From contig CAVPHD010000007.1 in the NCBI GenBank assembly GCA_963704165.1, forward strand, positions 151,150 to 215,149: a stretch of 64,000 nucleotides of DNA, read 5' to 3'. A program made the translations under genes and the position numbers. A model generated the notes under the pieces. It was given only the letters and a program-made list of their open reading frames with translations. It made no database searches and was not told the origin of the DNA. Positions 59,427-64,000 of this stretch are shown here, piece by piece. Origin of the DNA: an uncultured delta proteobacterium (lineage in GTDB: Bacteria; Myxococcota_A; UBA9160; SZUA-336). Position 1 is the stretch's first letter. Each line of letters begins with the position of its first letter.

Positions 59427-59857
59427 GCGACGCCTCGACGTCGATCGAGGCGCTCTACCGCGAAGTCGTCCTCGAGCACTACCGCAATCCGCGCAATCGC
59501 GCGCCGCTTGCGCAGCCCTCCGCGGAGGCGTTGGTCTCGAATCCCGTCTGTGGCGACCAGGTTCGCGTCGAGCTCGAACTCGAGGGCGGACGGATCGCGG
59601 CGGTTTCGGCACGCGCACGCGGCTGCTCGATCGCCGTCGCCGCGGCCAGCGTCATGACCGAACTCGTGCGCGGTCTCGAGCCCGGGGCCGCGCTCGAGCT
59701 CGGCGCGGAAGCCGCGCGCGTCTCGCGCGGCGAACCTGCGCCGGCCGATCTCGATCCGCGTCTGCGCGCGTTCGCGCGCGTCGCAACGCTGCCTTCGCGG
59801 CAGCGCTGCGCGACGCTGGCCTGGGAAGCGCTCGCGGAGTGCCTCAGGTCCGGTTGA
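59423..59857 (+). CDS. sufU: SufU/IscU-type scaffold (apparent CTG start)
   Basis: LYREVVLEHYRNPRN, NPVCGD, GCSI, R.RCATLAW. Confidence 0.85.
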   Translation: MSDASTSIEALYREVVLEHYRNPRNRAPLAQPSAEALVSNPVCGDQVRVELELEGGRIAAVSARARGCSIAVAAASVMTELVRGLEPGAALELGAEAARVSRGEPAPADLDPRLRAFARVATLPSRQRCATLAWEALAECLRSG

Positions 59858-61250
59858 CGTTGACCACCTGGATCTCGGTGAAGCCGAGCAGGCCCCAAGA
59901 CCCGTTCTCGACGCCGATTCCCGACCACTTCGCGCCGCCGAAGGGCAGGTGGGGCGCGATCGCCAGGTGCTGGTTCACCCACGCGGTGCCGCAGTCGAGC
60001 TCGCGCGCGACTTCGGCCGCCTTCTCGGGGTCGGCCGACCAGACCGAGCCCGCCAGGCCGAAGTGCGTACCGTTGGCGCGCTCGATCGCGTCCTCGACTT
60101 TGCGGTACGAGACGATCGGAAGTGCGGGGCCGAACTGCTCCTCGTCGACGAGCCGCGTGCCGTCGGCGATGTCGGCGACGATCGTCGGCTCGTAGAAGTA
60201 GCCCTTCACGCCGAGCCGCTTGCCGCCGGTGACGATGCGCGCTCCGTGCGTTCGCGCGTCCTCGACCAGCTCCGAGACCCGCTCGAACTGCGGTTTGTTG
60301 TTGAGCGGGCCGAGCTGCGTTCCGGCCTCGAGGCCGTTGCCGACCTTGATCGAGCGCGCGGTCTCGGCGAGTTCGTTCACCAGCGCGCCGTAGAGCTTCT
60401 CCGGCACGTACACGCGCTTGATCGCGCTGCAGATCTGTCCCGAGTTCGCGAACGCGCCCCAGAACAGCTTCTGCGCGGTCGCCTTCACGTCGACGTCGTC
60501 GAGCACGATCGCAGCGTCGTTGCCGCCGAGCTCGAGCGTGACACGCTTCAGATCGGACGCGGCCGAGGCCGCCACCTTCTTGCCCGTCGCGACCGAGCCG
60601 GTGAACGAGATCTTCCGCACCGCGGGATGACTCGTCATCCAGCCGCCGAGATCGTTTCCGCCGGAGACGACGTTGAGAACGCCGGGCGGTAGAACGGAGC
60701 GCAGGATCTCGCCGAGCTTCAGAGTCGTGAGCGGCGTGAAGGGCGAGGGCTTGATCACGACCGTGTTCCCGGCGAGCAGGGCCGGGGCGATCTTCCACAC
60801 GCCGAGCATGAGCGGGAAGTTCCAGGGAGTGATCGCGGCGACGACGCCGAGCGGCCGGCGGCGGATTTCGACCCGCCCTTGCTCGTTGTCCTGAATCGTC
60901 TCGATCGGGATCTGCAGCGATGCGGTGTACTGGAACCAGATCGACGCGCCGAAGATCTCCTCCATGGCCTTGTCGACGGGCTTGCCCTGCTCCTGCGTGA
61001 GCAGCGGTGCGAGTTCGGAAATGCGGGCCTTGATGGCCTCGGCGCAGTCGATCAGGGCCTGGCGGCGGCGCGCTTCGTCCTTGCGCCACCCACGGTAGGC
61101 GTTCGAAGCCGAGTCCATCGCCTGGTCGAGCTGCGCGCGCGTGCACTCGGGCGGTTGCGCGAAAACTTCTTCCGTCGCGGGATTGATCACGCCGAACGTC
61201 GCCTTCGCGGACTCGGCCTTGCCATCGATCGTCATCGTGTAGTCGCTCAC
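59844..61250 (-). CDS. Aldehyde dehydrogenase
   Basis: PWNFP, FTGS, LELGGND, GQIC, EQFGP, PFGG. Confidence 0.95.
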   Translation of the reverse strand: MSDYTMTIDGKAESAKATFGVINPATEEVFAQPPECTRAQLDQAMDSASNAYRGWRKDEARRRQALIDCAEAIKARISELAPLLTQEQGKPVDKAMEEIFGASIWFQYTASLQIPIETIQDNEQGRVEIRRRPLGVVAAITPWNFPLMLGVWKIAPALLAGNTVVIKPSPFTPLTTLKLGEILRSVLPPGVLNVVSGGNDLGGWMTSHPAVRKISFTGSVATGKKVAASAASDLKRVTLELGGNDAAIVLDDVDVKATAQKLFWGAFANSGQICSAIKRVYVPEKLYGALVNELAETARSIKVGNGLEAGTQLGPLNNKPQFERVSELVEDARTHGARIVTGGKRLGVKGYFYEPTIVADIADGTRLVDEEQFGPALPIVSYRKVEDAIERANGTHFGLAGSVWSADPEKAAEVARELDCGTAWVNQHLAIAPHLPFGGAKWSGIGVENGSWGLLGFTEIQVVNVNRT

Positions 61251-61885
61251 GGCTCTCTCCTGGTGGGTGTAGGGGCGGAAGGTACGCGCAGCCCGTCGCC
61301 GATCACGGCGGCGGCCTGACACATTCGTGCGTCGAGCGGATAGCGTGGATCGTTCAGCCAGTGACCCAGCGCTGCAAGGAGCGCGGCGCTCGCCAGCTCG
61401 GCGAGGAACGCGGCCTCGACGTCGCCACGAACGTCGCCGCGTTGCTGCCCGGCTACGAAGAGGCGAGAGAACGCGCTTCGCAGGTTCGCGCGGCCGTCGC
61501 AGGCGAAGCCGCACCCGGAGCTGCGCATGACGCGAAGAAGGAGCGGGCCGAGCACCTCCCGCGCCGCATGGACGAGCGGAACGGCGTCCGCGAGCGCGCG
61601 CGTGATTCGGTCCTGCGTCGAGAGGTCGCCGGGGCGATCGGGGTCGAGAAGGGCGCGCAGGCCCTCGAAGACGTCGCTCGCCAGCTCGGCGACGAGCGTG
61701 TCCTTGGACGGGAAGTAGTTGAAGACGGTCGCCGGAGCGACGCGGGCGGCGTCGGCGATCTGCTCGATCGAGGTCGCGAAGTAGCCCTGCTCGGACAGCA
61801 GGCGGCGCGCCTCCGAAAGCACGCGCGCGTGCGTTTCCATCCTGTTGCGTTCGCGCTTCGGGGTGGGCTCGAGAGCTTGGAGCAA
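61247..61885 (-). CDS. TetR/AcrR regulator
   Basis: TSIEQIADAARVAPATVFNYFPSK. Confidence 0.9.
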   Translation of the reverse strand: MLQALEPTPKRERNRMETHARVLSEARRLLSEQGYFATSIEQIADAARVAPATVFNYFPSKDTLVAELASDVFEGLRALLDPDRPGDLSTQDRITRALADAVPLVHAAREVLGPLLLRVMRSSGCGFACDGRANLRSAFSRLFVAGQQRGDVRGDVEAAFLAELASAALLAALGHWLNDPRYPLDARMCQAAAVIGDGLRVPSAPTPTRREP

Positions 61886-61890
61886 GGCGT

Positions 61891-61927
61891 CTCCAAAAAA
61901 CTTGGAGTCTCTCCAAGTTTTTTGGAG
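61891..61927. promoter_or_regulatory. Perfect 17-bp inverted repeat made of two CTCCAA-N5-TTGGAG operators
   Basis: CTCCAAAAAACTTGGAG-tct-CTCCAAGTTTTTTGGAG immediately upstream of the TetR gene. Confidence 0.8.
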
Positions 61928-61952
61928 CTTACGCGGGAGCGGGGGCGGGGGT

Positions 61953-61996
61953 CAAATGAAGCGGGCCGGCCCCGTTTCCAGGACCGGCCCGTCTTT
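61953..61996 (-). terminator. Probable intrinsic terminator after the thiolase gene
   Basis: Minus strand CGGGCCGGTCC-loop-GGGCCGGCCCG followed by CTTCATTT. Confidence 0.6.
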
Positions 61997-62016
61997 CGTA
62001 CCCGATGGCTCCCGGA

Positions 62017-63165
62017 TCAGGTCGCGACCTTCTCCAGCACGTGGATCGCGCACGCCGAGCCGAGGCCGATCACGTGGGTCAGGCCGACCTTGGCGCCCTG
62101 GACCTGGCGCTTCCCGGCCTCGCCGCGCAGATGCGTGGCCACTTCGTAGACGTTCGCGATGCCGGTTGCGCCGAGAGGGTGTCCCTTCGAGAGAAGCCCG
62201 CCCGAGACGTTCACCGGAATGCGGCCGCCGAGATAGGTCTGCTTCTCGTCGATCAGCCGTCCCGCTTCTCCGTCCTTGCAGATGCCGAGGTTCTCGTAGT
62301 GCAGGATTTCGGCGGTCGCGAAGCAGTCGTGAAGCTCGATCAGGTTCACGTCGCTCGGGCCGACGCCCGCCATCTCGTAGGCCTTCTTGGCGGCTTCGCG
62401 CGTGCACGTGTTCACGTCGGGCATCGTGAGATCGCGCAGCGTGTAGCGGTCGCTGGTCAGGATCGAGGCCGAGATCTTCACCGCGCGGCGCAGGCCGAGC
62501 TGTCGGGCCTTCTTCTCCGAGGCGAGCACGGCCGCGGCCGAGCCATCGACGTTCACCGAGCACATCAGCTTGGTGTTGGGGTACGAGATCATCTCGGCGC
62601 CCATCACCTCTTCGAGCGGTGTCTCGATCTGATACCGGGCCTTCGGATTCATCGTGGAGTGCCAGTGGTTCTTCACCGACACCTTCGCGAACTGCTCGAA
62701 GGTCGTGCCGTACTTCCGCGTGTGTTCCATCCCGGCTTCGGCGAAGACCGCGGGCATCGTTCCGGAGCCGAGCAGGCCCTCGGTGGGGATGCCCTTTCCG
62801 CCGCCGCCGCCACCGAGCAGGCCCGCGCCCGCCATCTGCTCGACGCCGACGCAGAGCACGAGGTCGTAGAGCCCCGCCTTGATCGAAGCCCAGCCTTCGC
62901 GCAGCGCCGTCGCTCCGGTCGCGCAGGCGTTCGCGACGTTGATCACGGGGATGCCCGTCTGTCCGATCTGCTGCAGGACGCGCTGGCCGACCATCCCGGA
63001 AGCCTGCATCAGGTTCCCGCAATACAGGGCTTCCATGTCGTGGATCGTCAGGCCCGCGTCATCGAGCGCGAGCAGCGCAGATTCGGCAGCGATCTGCGGA
63101 ATGGTCCGGTCGGCGAACTTGCCGAACTTGATCATGTCGGTGCCGAGGATGTAGACGTCGCTCAT
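62017..63165 (-). CDS. Thiolase (SCP-x type)
   Basis: NVANACATG, ELHDCF, SGGLLSKGHPLGATG. Confidence 0.93.
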   Translation of the reverse strand: MSDVYILGTDMIKFGKFADRTIPQIAAESALLALDDAGLTIHDMEALYCGNLMQASGMVGQRVLQQIGQTGIPVINVANACATGATALREGWASIKAGLYDLVLCVGVEQMAGAGLLGGGGGGKGIPTEGLLGSGTMPAVFAEAGMEHTRKYGTTFEQFAKVSVKNHWHSTMNPKARYQIETPLEEVMGAEMISYPNTKLMCSVNVDGSAAAVLASEKKARQLGLRRAVKISASILTSDRYTLRDLTMPDVNTCTREAAKKAYEMAGVGPSDVNLIELHDCFATAEILHYENLGICKDGEAGRLIDEKQTYLGGRIPVNVSGGLLSKGHPLGATGIANVYEVATHLRGEAGKRQVQGAKVGLTHVIGLGSACAIHVLEKVAT

Positions 63166-63177
63166 CTTGGCTTCCCC

Positions 63178-63513
63178 CTATGCCTTGGCGGGCTGGAAGT
63201 AATAGGTCAGGTACTCGTTTCCCTCGCGGTCCTTGCGCGGGGCGATCTTGTAGACGACCTCGACGGGCATCCCCATCTTGATCTTCTTGGGATCCGGATC
63301 GATTCCGATCAGGTTGCCCTTCACCGTGCCACCGCCTGCGAGATCGACGATGGCCGAGATGTACGGCGTCTCGACGCCCGGGAACGAGCGGTAGGTGATC
63401 GAGTACACGTAGAGCTCGCCTTTGTCGGAGAGCTTGATCTGCTCGAATTTCTTGCGCGCGCCGCACGAAGCGCAGACATCTCGCGCGCCGAGAAACACCG
63501 CCTTGCACTCGGT
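63178..63513 (-). CDS. Zn-ribbon/OB-fold (DUF35) thiolase partner, 5'-truncated by a junction
   Basis: (T)[21 protein letters not shown]...VDL..G, GMPVE. Confidence 0.85.
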   Translation of the reverse strand, partial: TECKAVFLGARDVCASCGARKKFEQIKLSDKGELYVYSITYRSFPGVETPYISAIVDLAGGGTVKGNLIGIDPDPKKIKMGMPVEVVYKIAPRKDREGNEYLTYYFQPAKA

Positions 63514-64000
63514 GGGGCCATCAACGCCACCTGCCGGCCGCACTCCACTGCCTGCAGAGCGGCCAGGGCGCTGACGATGGTCTTGCCCGATCCCACATCG
63601 CCCTGCACCAGGCGCTGCATCGGGAGCGGTTGATTCAGATCCGCCTCGATTTCCAGCACCACCCGCTGCTGGGCCCTGGTCAAAGTAAATGGCAGGCTAT
63701 TGAGCAGCTGACGCCGCAAGGCGCCATCCCCCTGCAATGCCGGCGCCGCCATTCTGGCATGCTGCAGGCGCAGCTCCCGCAGACTGATCTGATGCGCCAG
63801 CAACTCCTCAAGGTGAGGCGCTGCTGGGCCGGATGACGGCCCTCCAGAAGCTGGTCCTGGGTGCGTCCGGTGGCGGCCGATGCAGAGTTCTGATGGCGGC
63901 CGCCAGGTCAGGTAAGCGAAACCGGCCCAGCAACCTGGCGGGCAGCCACTCCTGTAAACCAGCTGGATAATCTTCCAATAAAACCAGAGCCTGTTGCGTA
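63508..64000 (-). pseudogene. recG: Internal fragment of ATP-dependent DNA helicase RecG (foreign composition, frameshifts)
   Basis: [35 protein letters not shown]...[22 protein letters not shown]. Confidence 0.9.

Noticed and set aside
1..64000. Many long Arg/Ala/Pro-rich antisense or alternate-frame ORFs (for example 11154-13553, 23519-25546, 29299-31302)
   Set aside because: Shadow ORFs expected in very high-GC DNA; they overlap well-supported genes and have no motifs
1..64000. CRISPR arrays, tRNA/rRNA genes, transposases, defence systems
   Set aside because: None recognised by eye; intergenic spaces are short and show no repeat-spacer periodicity

Overview
This is a very GC-rich bacterial chromosome segment. 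A deltaproteobacterial/Myxococcota-like origin is only inferred from gene style. It is densely coding with about 60 genes; I saw no rRNA, tRNA, CRISPR array or transposase. Many otherwise normal genes are broken by single-base indels, which looks like long-read sequencing error. The most notable items are: (1) an 8-kb heme-copper oxidase cluster (21463-29709) whose subunit I has Gln where the cross-linking Tyr normally sits, consistent with an eNOR-type nitric oxide reductase, accompanied by a degenerate second subunit-I-like gene and a cytochrome b / 2x[4Fe-4S] / MvhD-like fusion; (2) a hidden selenoprotein candidate (16007-17242), a peroxiredoxin-like domain with in-frame TGA in a UxxC motif, a SECIS-like hairpin and a fused DsbD-N-like domain; (3) an exported redoxin-redoxin-octaheme cytochrome fusion; (4) a divergent SelO/YdiU-like pseudokinase; (5) several palindromic operators, including one motif shared by the operons on either side of the NOR cluster; and (6) a chimeric junction at about 63510, where a compositionally foreign recG fragment replaces the 5' end of a Zn-ribbon/OB-fold gene. 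The remainder is three ABC systems, lipid/acyl-CoA catabolism, LLM and nitroreductase enzymes, and housekeeping genes (lysA, purE, infA, aroE, bfr, hemN, UDG).
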